A stretch of 64,000 nucleotides of DNA from Chthonomonadales bacterium (GTDB lineage Bacteria > Armatimonadota > Chthonomonadetes > Chthonomonadales > CAJBBX01): the NCBI GenBank assembly GCA_049967475.1, contig JBMFSQ010000001.1:214600-278599 (forward strand), in the 5' to 3' direction. The translations under genes and the position numbers were made by a program. Positions 19,706-30,069 of this stretch are shown one piece after another. Position 1 is the stretch's first letter, and the number at the start of each line of letters is the position of its first letter. The notes beneath the pieces were generated by a model. It was not told the DNA's origin, searched no databases, and saw nothing but the letters and a program-made list of their open reading frames with translations.

Positions 19706-20212
19706 TCATTTCTCGCGAAACCGCACCCGGCTGGAGAGGCGGCGCGTAAATCCGTTGATATTGACTACCACGACGATATCGGCGGCCCCCACCGAACCTG
19801 GAACAGCGGGCGACGTGGACGACACCCAGGCTGATCCGTTCCACGTGTAGTAAGTGAGCGATAGCGACTGGACCCCGGCTAAGATTTGATTGCCGCCGGC
19901 CGGCACGTTGTTCACCGAGGTGCGCAAGGTGCCGTCGGTGGCCACCCAATAACGGATGCTGTTGCCCGCATTGTCCGAAAATGTAACGTCGGACGGCGAG
20001 GCTGATACGAGCCCAGACGTGCCCCGCAAATGGTCTGCAAAAAGGTCCACAACCTGGCGCGCGTTGGCGTTGGCAGTGTTCTGGTTGATGAGCATGTATT
20101 CCGCGTCATAAGCGCTGCGCACCAGCGTCCAGAGGCCGGCGCCGATGATTACGGATATGAGCCCTGCGACCAGCATCTCGATGAGGGTGAAGCCTGCACG
20201 CCGGTTCTTCAT
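19706..20212 (-). CDS. Minor pilin (PilW/GspJ-like)
   Basis: Class III signal KNRRAG|FTLIEML. Confidence 0.85.
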   Translation of the reverse strand: MKNRRAGFTLIEMLVAGLISVIIGAGLWTLVRSAYDAEYMLINQNTANANARQVVDLFADHLRGTSGLVSASPSDVTFSDNAGNSIRYWVATDGTLRTSVNNVPAGGNQILAGVQSLSLTYYTWNGSAWVSSTSPAVPGSVGAADIVVVVNINGFTRRLSSRVRFREK

Positions 20213-20667
20213 ATTCCTGCCCTCACGAGGTACGTGCCCGTTTGATAGAGGATCGTATTCGTCCCCGACAGCTTTACCGTAATGTTGACGGTGCGAAGGG
20301 CATTATCGGCAGGCACTGCGCCGGGTTGCCCCGCTGTCCCCGATTTGACGGCGTCGCTCACGACGCTGACCGTAACGGTGTAGCGGTTGGACGGACTCGC
20401 CTGCGCCACCGGGGTCTCCGAGCCGTCGTAGTACGTCGTTACCGTTCCTTCCGCCTGGCCGGCGAAACCGTTCATCTTGACTTGTTCCATTGCGTACCGC
20501 CCAAGGTTATAGGCCACGCCAAGGTCGTCCGACGCGGTGGTGATGTTGAACGAAAACACCCATGCGTTGATGAGACCCATCAAACCAATGGCAAGCAGGA
20601 GTGAAGCGATGAGCAGCTCAACCAGGGTGATCCCCTGCACCGTTTGCTTGTGTCGTTGCTTCATCAT
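20209..20667 (-). CDS. Minor pilin (PilV/GspI-like)
   Basis: Class III signal QG|ITLVELL. Confidence 0.85.
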   Translation of the reverse strand: MMKQRHKQTVQGITLVELLIASLLLAIGLMGLINAWVFSFNITTASDDLGVAYNLGRYAMEQVKMNGFAGQAEGTVTTYYDGSETPVAQASPSNRYTVTVSVVSDAVKSGTAGQPGAVPADNALRTVNITVKLSGTNTILYQTGTYLVRAGI

Positions 20668-20779
20668 AATGCTTCCTCGACCTTGGCCTAAGCCCGCGCG
20701 GCCAAACGTATCGTTCCATAGATTGCGGGTTGGATCGCCACACTTTTTGTGGGTTCCAGCACTCTGCGCCTCCAATGGG

Positions 20780-21967
20780 CTACAGGCCGGGCGTTGTTTC
20801 GGTCCATGAATTGTCGAAGCCGTAATAGCTGTAACTGGACGGCTGGGCGAGGCCCGGAATAAAGTTGATGGTGATGTTGCCGTTGATATCCATCTTGTTC
20901 GCGATGATTTGCCCGTTCGTGATGGGGTTGCCGCTGTTGGTTACATAACCGTAGGGATTTCCGGAGGCATCTTTGTTGTATGCGTAGATGCACGCGTCAA
21001 TCTCTTGGTTGCCGGCCAGGTTGATGCCGCTGGTAGTGGCGACGTAGATATGCACGTTGGGCGTTTTGCTCATGGACACTGCAGCGGTGCCGCCTCGGAA
21101 GTTGCAAGTACCGCTGCCCCCGTCCGGCCCCACCCAAAGGTTGATCGGGCCATTGGCATTGTTGAAGTAGATCTGATCATTCCCTTTGAGGTTGATGTTC
21201 GTAACGTAGTAGTTTCCGGGACCGAGGGTGATGGAACTGGTGATGCTGTTGTTGAGGATGCCCGCTGCTGCGTTGTCATTATGAGTGGCCAGCCAGGCCA
21301 TGCCTCCGTTGGGGAACATTCGGTTTGCTATCTCATCAATAGTGGGCCACGAGAGTGGGCGGGGATATCGGAACACCGTGTAGCCGCCCGGATCGTTGCC
21401 GTCGTACCATCCGGCGTTGGGCCCGTCGAAGAAGACACTGCCGATTACGGTGGGTGTGCCCGAGAAGTCAAAGTATCCGTTGGTGCCGATGTCGCCGGTG
21501 ATTGTGATGGCGGATCCGTGGAAGACGCTGGTGCCCATCATGGTGTAGATCGCGAAGCGGTTGGAGGGATAAAAGCCCTTGCCCGACACCTTGATGGACC
21601 GCGTTACTCCCTTGTAGCTGCCGGTTGCCAGCACATAGAGGTAATTGGAGGGATCCCAAGGCATGGACCCGTCCCGGTTCGTGCACCATACCGTGAATGT
21701 GCCCTGGGGAACCGCATACGTTGTAGGAGCCAGATCCGCTTGCGTGGGATCGTTACTGATCTTGTGGAATTCATAATTCACACCCGCTTCGGCCAAGTTC
21801 AGTGCTGCGGAAAAGCGGGCGTCCATAGTGGCCCGTTCCTGGTGGGCGGTGGTGAGGAAGCCGATCCCCAGGAGCAGGATGGACACGATGAGGATCATGT
21901 AAAGAGCGGTTATGAGGGCAAAGCCTCGAGCTCTTGTTTGCCGGGAGCATTGTGAGGCGGACATCAT
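20780..21967 (-). CDS. PilX-like minor pilin with large beta-rich C-terminal domain
   Basis: RG|FALITAL lacking Glu5 (PilX trait), ALNLAEAGV, Gly/Asn/Thr-rich C-terminus. Confidence 0.8.
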   Translation of the reverse strand: MMSASQCSRQTRARGFALITALYMILIVSILLLGIGFLTTAHQERATMDARFSAALNLAEAGVNYEFHKISNDPTQADLAPTTYAVPQGTFTVWCTNRDGSMPWDPSNYLYVLATGSYKGVTRSIKVSGKGFYPSNRFAIYTMMGTSVFHGSAITITGDIGTNGYFDFSGTPTVIGSVFFDGPNAGWYDGNDPGGYTVFRYPRPLSWPTIDEIANRMFPNGGMAWLATHNDNAAAGILNNSITSSITLGPGNYYVTNINLKGNDQIYFNNANGPINLWVGPDGGSGTCNFRGGTAAVSMSKTPNVHIYVATTSGINLAGNQEIDACIYAYNKDASGNPYGYVTNSGNPITNGQIIANKMDINGNITINFIPGLAQPSSYSYYGFDNSWTETTPGL

Positions 21968-22100
21968 AGGACACCCCGTGTTCCAGGTTGATCGAGCAGC
22001 GGCGGGCGGCCCATGGGCAATCCCGGCGATGCTCATCCTGGGTTATTCCACGGAGGTGGGGCTTGTTGGGGCCGGTGAAGCCACGGGGATGGGGCGAAGG

Positions 22101-22934
22101 TCAACGACGGGCAGGGAAGGATACCATCTGGCCGGCTGGGCCGACCCAAGCGGCGACGCCTGGGTACTTGGCGTTGAGAAAACGCACGAACTTCTGGGGG
22201 TCTTCCTGGTTGCCAACGAACATGTCGTAATGCGCGGGGACTGCAAGACCCACGTTCAACTCGCCTGCGATCTCTACGGCCTCTTGGAACGTCATATTGC
22301 CGATCGTTCCGCGCAGGAAGCGTTCCGCGTCGCGCCCGTTGATGGGGAGAAAAGCCGCATCAAGGCGATGCCATTGCCGCAGGGAGGTGAGGAGACCTTC
22401 GTAATTGATCGTGTCTCCGGAATGATAGAAAGTCACTCCCCCCGTCTCGACGACGTACCCGAGGTAGGGATATCCGAGGACCGGATCCTCGTCGAAGAAC
22501 TCATGCTTGCTCTTCAAAGCCGTCACCCGAATGGAGCCGATTTCGACTGTGTCCCCGGCGTTCATGGCGATGAGGCGTTCCTGTGGGACGCCGCCTTCCT
22601 CCATCATCCTTTGGGCGAGCGCGCGGGGGCTGACGAAGCGCGTTTGCGGTGAGTGTGCCACGAAGCTGCGAAGGGTTGCCGGGCTCAGGTGATCGGCGTG
22701 TCCGTGGCTTACCGTGACGAGATCCGCAAAGACGGGATCCTCGAGGCGAATGGGAGGCGGTGTCTGCCGGCGTTCCCATGGGTCGAAGAAGGGATCCAGG
22801 TAGATCACGGCGCCCCCGGCTTTGACCACGACACTGAGCTGCCCGAGCCACCAGAACACTCCGCTTCCCGCAGGCGGCGCCGCAGTGCGTATCTCATGAA
22901 GCAATTCCTCACCACTCTTGGCCACGGTTGCCAT
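22101..22934 (-). CDS. MBL-fold metallo-hydrolase (UlaG-like)
   Basis: WWLGQ, SHGHADH, YHSGDT, LPING, PAHYD. Confidence 0.9.
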   Translation of the reverse strand: MATVAKSGEELLHEIRTAAPPAGSGVFWWLGQLSVVVKAGGAVIYLDPFFDPWERRQTPPPIRLEDPVFADLVTVSHGHADHLSPATLRSFVAHSPQTRFVSPRALAQRMMEEGGVPQERLIAMNAGDTVEIGSIRVTALKSKHEFFDEDPVLGYPYLGYVVETGGVTFYHSGDTINYEGLLTSLRQWHRLDAAFLPINGRDAERFLRGTIGNMTFQEAVEIAGELNVGLAVPAHYDMFVGNQEDPQKFVRFLNAKYPGVAAWVGPAGQMVSFPARR

Positions 22935-23421
22935 TTGGATCCTCGCAGTATCGTAAAGTTGGCCCGGCCGGCCCGTTCTACCCCTAACCTTCAACACGGG
23001 CGGCAGAACTCCTTCCCGGGCTGCGGCGCGCTTCCGCCGGAGGGGGAGCTTCGTGGATGGAACAGGGAATACAGGGGCGCGCGACACGACGTGGGCCCGC
23101 CCGGAGCGGTCTGGGGAAGCGCTCTTCCTGGCCCAATGGTTGTTACCCGTGCGTGCGTGCCCCGGCGGCTGCACCGTTCGCATGGGCAGCACGGGCCGGG
23201 TGAAGGATCTCGTGAGGGAGCGCACGTGTTCAGAATGTGGGGGAAGATGCCGGGCGCAGCAGGTGGCCCCCGGTTCCATTGGGGGGTCCCCAGGGAAAGC
23301 CCCCAAGTCGTTGAGCGCGCGCCGGCGTTTATCGCACCGATTGTCTCTAGGACCTGAACCCCTCTTCCCTTCGCGATGCCGGCATTCCCCGTGAGGAATG
23401 CAACAATTCGCCTGATCCCGC

Positions 23422-23450
23422 TTGACATCCGGGATAAGCCGGCGTATATT
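23422..23450 (+). promoter_or_regulatory. Sigma70-type promoter
   Basis: TTGACA-17bp-TATATT upstream of the zinc-ribbon gene. Confidence 0.7.
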
Positions 23451-23522
23451 CGAGTGAAATGGTCATCCGCTCGCTGCCGCGGCATTTCGGCAGTGCAGGG
23501 GTCAGGGAAGGGAGGCAAGCTC

Positions 23523-24131
23523 ATGGCAGTGTCGCCGACATGCCCGCAGTGCGGAGCCGCTGTTGGTGCCTCGGATGCTGCGTGCCCGGCATGTGGGCAC
23601 GTTCTGAACGCTCATCAGACGGTTGGGTTCACGCCATCCCAGACGGGCGCGACCTCGGGCGGCACACAAGTGCCCACGAAGGTATGCCCAGTGTGCGGCA
23701 CACGACTTCACGCTGCTGCGCCGCAGTGCTTTCGGTGCAGGTATTCGTTCACGCAGCCGCCGCCGGCTCAAGCTCCTCCCGCTCCTCTGCCGCTGCCCGA
23801 CCCGGGATCCCCGGCGCCGCCGCAAGGGCCGTCTTGGATGCCCCCAGGGTCTTCGGTGGTTTATACCGTACCGGTTGCACCGCGATTTGCCACCATCTTC
23901 GATGAGCCGAACGCCCCATCCAGGTACTGGCTCCTGGGGTTAGGTATCTTCGGTTACCTCGCTCTCATCTCCGTGTTGGCCCTCTTCACATTATTGATCC
24001 GGAAGGCAGTGGAATCGGGCAGAGTTCCCTACGGGTCGGATCTCATCTGTTTTCTTCTGGTGGATGTCCCAGTTTTTGGGTGGTGCATCGGCGGGATTTT
24101 GCGCCTGGTGCGGGATGCGCTGCATTATTGA
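23523..24131 (+). CDS. Double zinc-ribbon membrane protein
   Basis: Four CxxC pairs, Pro-rich linker, two C-terminal TM helices; GGAGG SD. Confidence 0.8.
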   Translation: MAVSPTCPQCGAAVGASDAACPACGHVLNAHQTVGFTPSQTGATSGGTQVPTKVCPVCGTRLHAAAPQCFRCRYSFTQPPPAQAPPAPLPLPDPGSPAPPQGPSWMPPGSSVVYTVPVAPRFATIFDEPNAPSRYWLLGLGIFGYLALISVLALFTLLIRKAVESGRVPYGSDLICFLLVDVPVFGWCIGGILRLVRDALHY

Positions 24132-24493
24132 CCTGCTGCTCTCCCGGTGGGAAAGGCATGCATCGGCTCGTCCGCCGTTGGTTGTGGTGAAGGGCCTGCG
24201 CGCCGCATGCATCGCGAAGACATCATCGGCCACTTCTTCCTGAAGACGATGTGCAGGATAGCGCGCGCCGAGCGGAGATCCGACGTTTACAGGAGCCTCC
24301 CGTGTGCGCATGGTCCGCAAAGGCCGGTGCGGCATATGCGGGTCGAGTGTTTCCTTTCGATGTACGGCAGGCGGGCCGCGTGGCGCTGCAGCGGGTCCGG
24401 AGTTTCCGTGTCCCCGGCATTTCCTTGCGGATGAATGGTCCGTCGCTCCAATGGCTGGCCGTCGGTCATCTCGAAGATCGAGGCCGGTATCCC

Positions 24494-25400
24494 CTACGTC
24501 GTCATCAGGATGAATACAGCTTCCATATCCTGGTCCTCAATCACCGCGCGGTAGAGCCAGTACCGTGCCTTGTCCACGTCGTAATGCCCGTAATCTTCAT
24601 TCAGATAGATCATCCCAAGGTGGCGCGTTGCAGTCGGGATATCCTGTTCTGCCGCAGCTTCGAGCGATTTGATGCTTTTTTGGATGTTTTGCCGGACCAG
24701 GATACCTTGCAGGTAGGCCAGTCCGACCGCAAGATCGCCGATCCCGCTGCCCAACTTTGCGCTCCGCCGGTAGTATCGCATGGCGAGTTTGTTGCTTTGC
24801 TTCACTCCGTAGCCGCCTTCGTAGAACATACCGACCGCGGCCAATGAGTCAGGATGGTTCTGCCGGGCAGCGCGCCGTACCGACTTTACGGCCTCACGGT
24901 TGGCTGCAAAGGGCTTCGAGATGTCGAGGCGATCGAACCCCGACTTCACTTGGCCGCGCACTGAGTTGAGTTCGGCGGCCCGCCTGAAGTATGCATCGGC
25001 CCTCACATCGTCGCCGCCGGACCATTGGGCGCGCGTCTCGTAGACACTACCCAAGAGCCAACAAGCCTCACCGTCGCCGAGGTCTGCAAAGCGCTGCAGG
25101 AGCGCCTCCGCTTCCTTGAAACGAGCAGTATGGTCGGCGGGGCGCGGCAGATCCTCTTGCACGAGTGCGGCGTTTCCGGTTTTTGGGGCGAACCTGGCGA
25201 CGTATAGGCCGGCGACCTCCCACAACGCGTCGGCGTCGCCTTGGATGGGCTTCACGCTCCAATGCTTCTACATCCGGTGCAGGGCGATCCATTGCCGTTG
25301 GCAGCGGCTGATCTTGCGGACCCAGCGGGCTCTCACAGGGTGTGTCGTCGTGTCGTCCGGCGGGGCCTTTCCGAGGGTTCGCGTCGTTCGTGGCAGTCAT
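24494..25400 (-). pseudogene. Sel1-repeat protein with apparent 1-nt frameshift near 25248
   Basis: Sel1 repeats in 24494-25255. Upstream frame from ATG 25400 (GGAG SD) joins as LEREAIQGDADAL if one base is removed. Confidence 0.6.
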
Positions 25401-25592
25401 TGCAGTGTTCTCCGATGGTGTTAATCGCGGCACGTACCATACCAATAATCGCAGCGAGCGAAAGTGCACGCGTGAGATTACACAGGATCGCGCCCGACAC
25501 TTGCGTTGTTGTTCCGGGGGCTTGCAGCGGCATCATGGGTTCCGACCATGTGTTCTGTGCGGTGCTGGGGATGCTTCACCAGTGGCGGCTTC

Positions 25593-25621
25593 TTGACACT
25601 CGCGGCCGGACGTGGTTAAAT
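25593..25621 (+). promoter_or_regulatory. Putative ftsEX promoter
   Basis: TTGACA-17bp-TTAAAT with upstream TG. Confidence 0.5.
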
Positions 25622-25727
25622 ATGCAATCAACGGCCGTGTCGGCCGGCGCTCGCGCTCGGGGGCTCCTGAAGGCTCCGTCCCGGTGGGTGCAGGCGGCGG
25701 GCGGCACGCAGGGCACGGCCACCCGCC

Positions 25728-26423
25728 ATGATCGAACTTCACGATGTGTCCGTCGTTTACCCCGGAGAACGCACGGCCCTCGCGCACGTGTCGCTCCGCA
25801 TCCATAAGGGCGAATTCGTTTTCATCGTGGGCCCCACAGGGTCCGGCAAATCTACCCTGCTCAAGCTGCTCTACCGAGAAGAACTTCACATCAAAGGCAA
25901 GGTGCTCGTGTCCGGAAGAGATCTCACCACACTCCGCCCGCGCGAAGTTCCCTTCCTGCGCAGGCGCCTAGGCATCGTATTTCAGGATTTCGGCCTCTTG
26001 CCTAACAAGACCGTCTTCGAGAACGTTGCCTACGCCTTGCGGGTGATCGGAGCCGGGCGAAAGGAGATCCGACGCAAGGTGCCTCCGGCGTTGGAGCTTG
26101 TGGGCCTGGTGCATCGGTGCGATGCCTTCCCCGGTCAGTTGTCTGGAGGGGAGCAGCAGCGCGTGGCCATTGCCAGGGCGCTGGTGAATGACCCGCCGCT
26201 GCTTCTGGCCGACGAGCCCACCGGCAACCTCGATCCCGAGACTTCCTTGGGCATCCTGCGCATCCTGGAACATGTTAACGTTCGCGGCACCACCGTACTG
26301 GTAGCCACGCACGACAAGTACATTGTGGATTGCGCCCGCAAACGGGTGGTAGCCCTCGAACGCGGGCACCTCGTGCGAGACGAGTTGGAAGGGACCTACG
26401 AGCGTGAGCCTGTCGTCCATTAG
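25728..26423 (+). CDS. ftsE: Cell division ATP-binding protein FtsE
   Basis: GPTGSGKS, VFQDFGLL, LSGGEQQR, DEPTGNLD; followed by ftsX. Confidence 0.96.
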   Translation: MIELHDVSVVYPGERTALAHVSLRIHKGEFVFIVGPTGSGKSTLLKLLYREELHIKGKVLVSGRDLTTLRPREVPFLRRRLGIVFQDFGLLPNKTVFENVAYALRVIGAGRKEIRRKVPPALELVGLVHRCDAFPGQLSGGEQQRVAIARALVNDPPLLLADEPTGNLDPETSLGILRILEHVNVRGTTVLVATHDKYIVDCARKRVVALERGHLVRDELEGTYEREPVVH

Positions 26424-27309
26424 CTTCTTGATGGGGGAAGCAGCCAGAGACATCCGGCGCAACGGCCTCATGTCGGTGGCGGCGCTCACTACGTCGGCCA
26501 TCTCGTTGACGGTTCTGGGAGGTGCCTTATTCACTCTCTATCGCCTCCACCAGTTTGCCGATGCCCAGCCCCGCCGGTTCGAGATCTCGGTATTCCTGCG
26601 CCCGGAAGTTCCCCGCGCTGCCGTCAAAGAGATCCGCAGGCGCATCCAATCGCTGCCGCCGGTGGAGCGCGTAACGCTCTTCACCAAGGAACAGGCTTAT
26701 ACCGAACTTCAGCAGGCCGACCGCGAGAGCAGCACGGCGATCGTAGCGGCGCTGGGGGGAGCGAACCCACTGCCGGACCGGCTGGATGTGCGTCTGCGGG
26801 ATCCTTCGGCTACGGGTATGATTGCGGCGGTGCTCCAGGATCGGGCGCGGTTTCCTGAAGTGGATCGCGTGCGCACGGCCCGGGACGCCTTGCAGGTATT
26901 CCTGGGGGTGCAACGGATCGTTCGCAATGTGGGAGGGGGCCTTGCCGCACTTTTGTTCATCGGAACGGCCTTCGTCATCCAGAACACAATCCGCCTAACT
27001 GTGATTGCGCGGCGGCGGGAGATCCGCATCATGCAGTTAGTGGGAGCCACACCGGGCTTCATCCGGATGCCCCTCGTGCTGGAAGGAATGTTCTACGGCG
27101 TCTTCGGCGCGCTGGTGGCAGGAGGTGTGGTGCTCTTTGTTGTGGCTCAGGTGTCTTCCTATGGTCGGCGCATCGTGTCCCCTCTGGCTCATACCATGCC
27201 GCCGGCTGTGGGGCCATGGACGGTGATGGCAGTGCTGGTGGCCATCGGCGCCCTTTTAGGCTCGTTGGGAAGTGCGCTCTCCATCAGGAGGTTTTTGAAG
27301 GCTGTTTAG
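26404..27309 (+). CDS. ftsX: Cell division permease FtsX
   Basis: NPLP, NTIRL...RRREIRIMQLVGAT, four TM helices. Confidence 0.95.
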   Translation: MSLSSISFLMGEAARDIRRNGLMSVAALTTSAISLTVLGGALFTLYRLHQFADAQPRRFEISVFLRPEVPRAAVKEIRRRIQSLPPVERVTLFTKEQAYTELQQADRESSTAIVAALGGANPLPDRLDVRLRDPSATGMIAAVLQDRARFPEVDRVRTARDALQVFLGVQRIVRNVGGGLAALLFIGTAFVIQNTIRLTVIARRREIRIMQLVGATPGFIRMPLVLEGMFYGVFGALVAGGVVLFVVAQVSSYGRRIVSPLAHTMPPAVGPWTVMAVLVAIGALLGSLGSALSIRRFLKAV

Positions 27310-27376
27310 TCTTTGACCCGGCGCGGCCGGCGTTTGTGCCCGCACGAACGGTGCGGCGGGCAAAAAGGGAAGGGAC

Positions 27377-28528
27377 ATGCGCAATAACTGGGTGGCCGGT
27401 TTCCTTGTTGCTGCGGTGCTCAGCGCGCTGGGTTGCGCTGCGGCAGCGGCACCGCATCACAGCAAGACAGGAAAATCGCCCAAAGAACTGCGCCGGCAGC
27501 TCCATGCGGTGCGCGCCCGCATCCACGCTCAACGGCTCGAGGTGCGGCGCACTCGGGCAAAAGAGCATCATGTGGTGGGAGAGATAGACCGCATCGAGGC
27601 CCGCATCCTCACTACGGAACAACGCCTGCGCGCTGTAAAGAGCAGATTGGCGGCGATCGCCCGGCGCAGGAAGGTGTTGATTGCCCGCATGGATTTTACG
27701 CAGAAGCGCCTCGACGGCCGAAGGCGTGTCCTGGCCAGGCGCCTTAGGGAGAACTACGAATTGGGCAGCACTTCGTACGTGCAGGCGCTTCTGAGTTCAC
27801 GATCCATGCACGACTATCTCTCCAGATCCTATTATGTGGAGCGCATCGTTGAAAGCGACGTCAAGCTCATGGCCGGGATCAGGGAGGATCAGGCGCAGCT
27901 CCTGGCAGATCAGCGTGAGCTGGATGCCCGGGATGCGGAACAACGGGTGCTGAAGGCCGAATTGGAGCGCTCCTACTTCCAGTATCGCGAGGATGTTTTG
28001 GCCAAACGGCGCACCCTCGAGCAGATCCAGGAGGACCGTGAAGCCAAAGAGGCAGCCCTGGACGAATTGGAGGAAGCCTCCAACGAGATCGCTGCCCGGC
28101 TTCGAGCTTTGGAGCAGACGCCCGGCGGGCGGGCACGTCTTCTGCGCGCATGGACCGGGCACTTCATTCGGCCTGCGTGGGGACCCATAACGAGCGGCTT
28201 CGGCATGCGGTACCATCCCATTCTTCATCGCACGCGGATGCATACGGGCGTGGATATCGGTGCGGGATATGGAGAACCCATTCGCGCTGCCGCTGCGGGC
28301 GAAGTCGTAATGGCCGGTTACATGCGCGGCTATGGGTACGTGGTGATCATTGACCATGGGGGCGGAGTGTCCACACTCTACGGCCATTGCTCCGAGTTGC
28401 TGGTGTCGGAAGGGCAAAGCGTTCGGCAGGGGCAGGTGATCGCCCGCGTTGGGAGCACTGGGCTGGCCACCGGGCCTCATCTTCACTTCGAGGTGCGGCG
28501 CAATGGGGTGCCGGTGAACCCCTTCTAG
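27377..28528 (+). CDS. EnvC-like coiled-coil protein with M23 peptidase domain
   Basis: Long coiled coil; intact HTGVD and HLH metal motifs. Confidence 0.92.
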   Translation: MRNNWVAGFLVAAVLSALGCAAAAAPHHSKTGKSPKELRRQLHAVRARIHAQRLEVRRTRAKEHHVVGEIDRIEARILTTEQRLRAVKSRLAAIARRRKVLIARMDFTQKRLDGRRRVLARRLRENYELGSTSYVQALLSSRSMHDYLSRSYYVERIVESDVKLMAGIREDQAQLLADQRELDARDAEQRVLKAELERSYFQYREDVLAKRRTLEQIQEDREAKEAALDELEEASNEIAARLRALEQTPGGRARLLRAWTGHFIRPAWGPITSGFGMRYHPILHRTRMHTGVDIGAGYGEPIRAAAAGEVVMAGYMRGYGYVVIIDHGGGVSTLYGHCSELLVSEGQSVRQGQVIARVGSTGLATGPHLHFEVRRNGVPVNPF

Positions 28529-28554
28529 GCAGGGGCTTCCGCATGGGCAAGGCG

Positions 28555-28584
28555 TTGACGCGGCCGGGGAGGGCTGGATATACT
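28555..28584 (+). promoter_or_regulatory. tRNA promoter
   Basis: TTGACG-18bp-TATACT. Confidence 0.6.
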
Positions 28585-28608
28585 GATAGCGGACGGTCGC
28601 GACATCGC

Positions 28609-28681
28609 GGGCGAATAGCTCAGCCGGAAGAGCGCTTGCTTTACACGCAAGATGTCGGGGGTTCGAGTCCCTCTTCGCCCA
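28609..28681 (+). tRNA. tRNA-Val (anticodon UAC), CCA not encoded
   Basis: Acceptor GGGCGAA/TTCGCCC, anticodon arm CTTGC-TTTACAC-GCAAG, T loop TTCGAGT. Confidence 0.97.
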
Positions 28682-28885
28682 TGCGTATTCCTTTAAGTGC
28701 GGGCCGATGCAGCTCAAGAGCTCGGTGGGCGCCCGCGACGACAGGAAATCCTCAGGAAAGGTCAGGCGGTAACGGACTTTGGTTTACCATGCGGAGGACG
28801 GCCGGACGGCTGAACCCCAGGTTCCAGAGGCAGGATCTGCCCCGGCGGGATCCGGCGTCCTCGCCTTGCGGGGAGGCTCCCGCGT

Positions 28886-29980
28886 ATGAAGGTCGGCATC
28901 ATCGGTCTCCCGGAAACCGGCAAGACCACCGTATTCAATGCCCTTACACGTTCTGACGCTGCCCTTCATACCTACGGCGTCCGTTCCCAGGAGATCAACC
29001 TGGGCACGATCCCAGTCCCGGATGAGCGCTTTGACTTTGCCGTCCGAGTGTGCCGGCCCAAGAAGAAGGTGCCTGCGACACTCGATGTTACCGACGGCGC
29101 CGCCCGCATCGAGCTGGGGGAGCGTGGCCGGAACTTCGGTACGGATTTCTTCGCCGGTGTGCGATCTATGGACGCCTTGGTGCTTGTGCTGCGTGCCTTC
29201 CACTCACCTGCCCTCCCCGATCCTGATGGCGGCGTGGATCCCGAGCGTGAAGCGCGCACCGTAATGGAGGAGCTCCTATTGGCGGATCTGGCGGTGGTGG
29301 AGGGGCGGCTCGAGCGGTTGGGCAAGAACCGTACGATGAAGCGGCAGACGCCTGCGGAGGCAGCCGAGGAGCAGGCACTCGCACGCGTGAAAGCCCACCT
29401 GGAGGCGGAACAGCCCGTGCGCACGCTGGAACTCTCACCCGACGAGGAACGGGCCCTGCGCGGTTTCGCCTTCGTAAGCGGCAAGCCCCTGATCCTCGTG
29501 GCCAATCTGGGTGAAGAAGATCTTGCCGCACCCGAAAAGGTTACCGCAGGACTTCGGAAGCTTGCGGCATCGCAGGCACTCCCCCTTGTAGAGCTATGCG
29601 CCAAAGTGGAGATGGAAGTGGCTCAGATGGACCCCGCCGAGGAGCGCGAATTCCTCCAAGCTCTCGGCATCTCTGAGCCGGCCCGCAACCGCCTCATTCG
29701 CGAAGCCTACGCTGCCCTGGGGTACATCAGCTTCCTCACAGTAGGTGAGGATGAAGTGCGGGCCTGGACGATCCGCAAGGGAACTACCGCATTGGGCGCA
29801 GCTGAGAAGATCCACACGGACATCGCCCGCACCTTTATCCGGGCGGAAGTGATGGATTTTGCCGATTTCCGGGCGTTCGGAGGATGGGACGCCGCACGAT
29901 CGGCAGGCAAGATGCGCCTCGAGGGGAAGGATTACGTAGTAAAAGACGGCGAGATCGTCCACATCCGCCATTCGCGGTAA
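28886..29980 (+). CDS. ychF: YchF/Obg-like ATPase
   Basis: [19 protein letters not shown]...[29 protein letters not shown]. Confidence 0.9.
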   Translation: MKVGIIGLPETGKTTVFNALTRSDAALHTYGVRSQEINLGTIPVPDERFDFAVRVCRPKKKVPATLDVTDGAARIELGERGRNFGTDFFAGVRSMDALVLVLRAFHSPALPDPDGGVDPEREARTVMEELLLADLAVVEGRLERLGKNRTMKRQTPAEAAEEQALARVKAHLEAEQPVRTLELSPDEERALRGFAFVSGKPLILVANLGEEDLAAPEKVTAGLRKLAASQALPLVELCAKVEMEVAQMDPAEEREFLQALGISEPARNRLIREAYAALGYISFLTVGEDEVRAWTIRKGTTALGAAEKIHTDIARTFIRAEVMDFADFRAFGGWDAARSAGKMRLEGKDYVVKDGEIVHIRHSR

Positions 29981-30003
29981 CGTGTCGGGCGGGCCGGGAA
30001 CTC

Positions 30004-30031
30004 TTGACACGTTCGTGGGGTAGCATAGGAT
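30004..30031 (+). promoter_or_regulatory. Putative cysE promoter
   Basis: TTGACA-16bp-TAGGAT. Confidence 0.45.
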
Positions 30032-30069
30032 ACATTAAAACAGCATCCGTTACGGATAAGGGGCGCTAC

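Noticed and set aside
23061..23120. AACAGGGAA resembling a cobalamin riboswitch start
   Set aside because: Downstream GGTG/TCC and ACTG elements and B12-related genes are absent.
24287..24496. Programmed amber read-through (pyrrolysine) of the Sel1 gene
   Set aside because: The extension has no recognisable motif and there are no pyl genes in the window; chance or decay is more likely.
28609..28885. tRNA-Val as an integration site
   Set aside because: No integrase and no duplicated tRNA 3' end noticed; housekeeping genes flank it.
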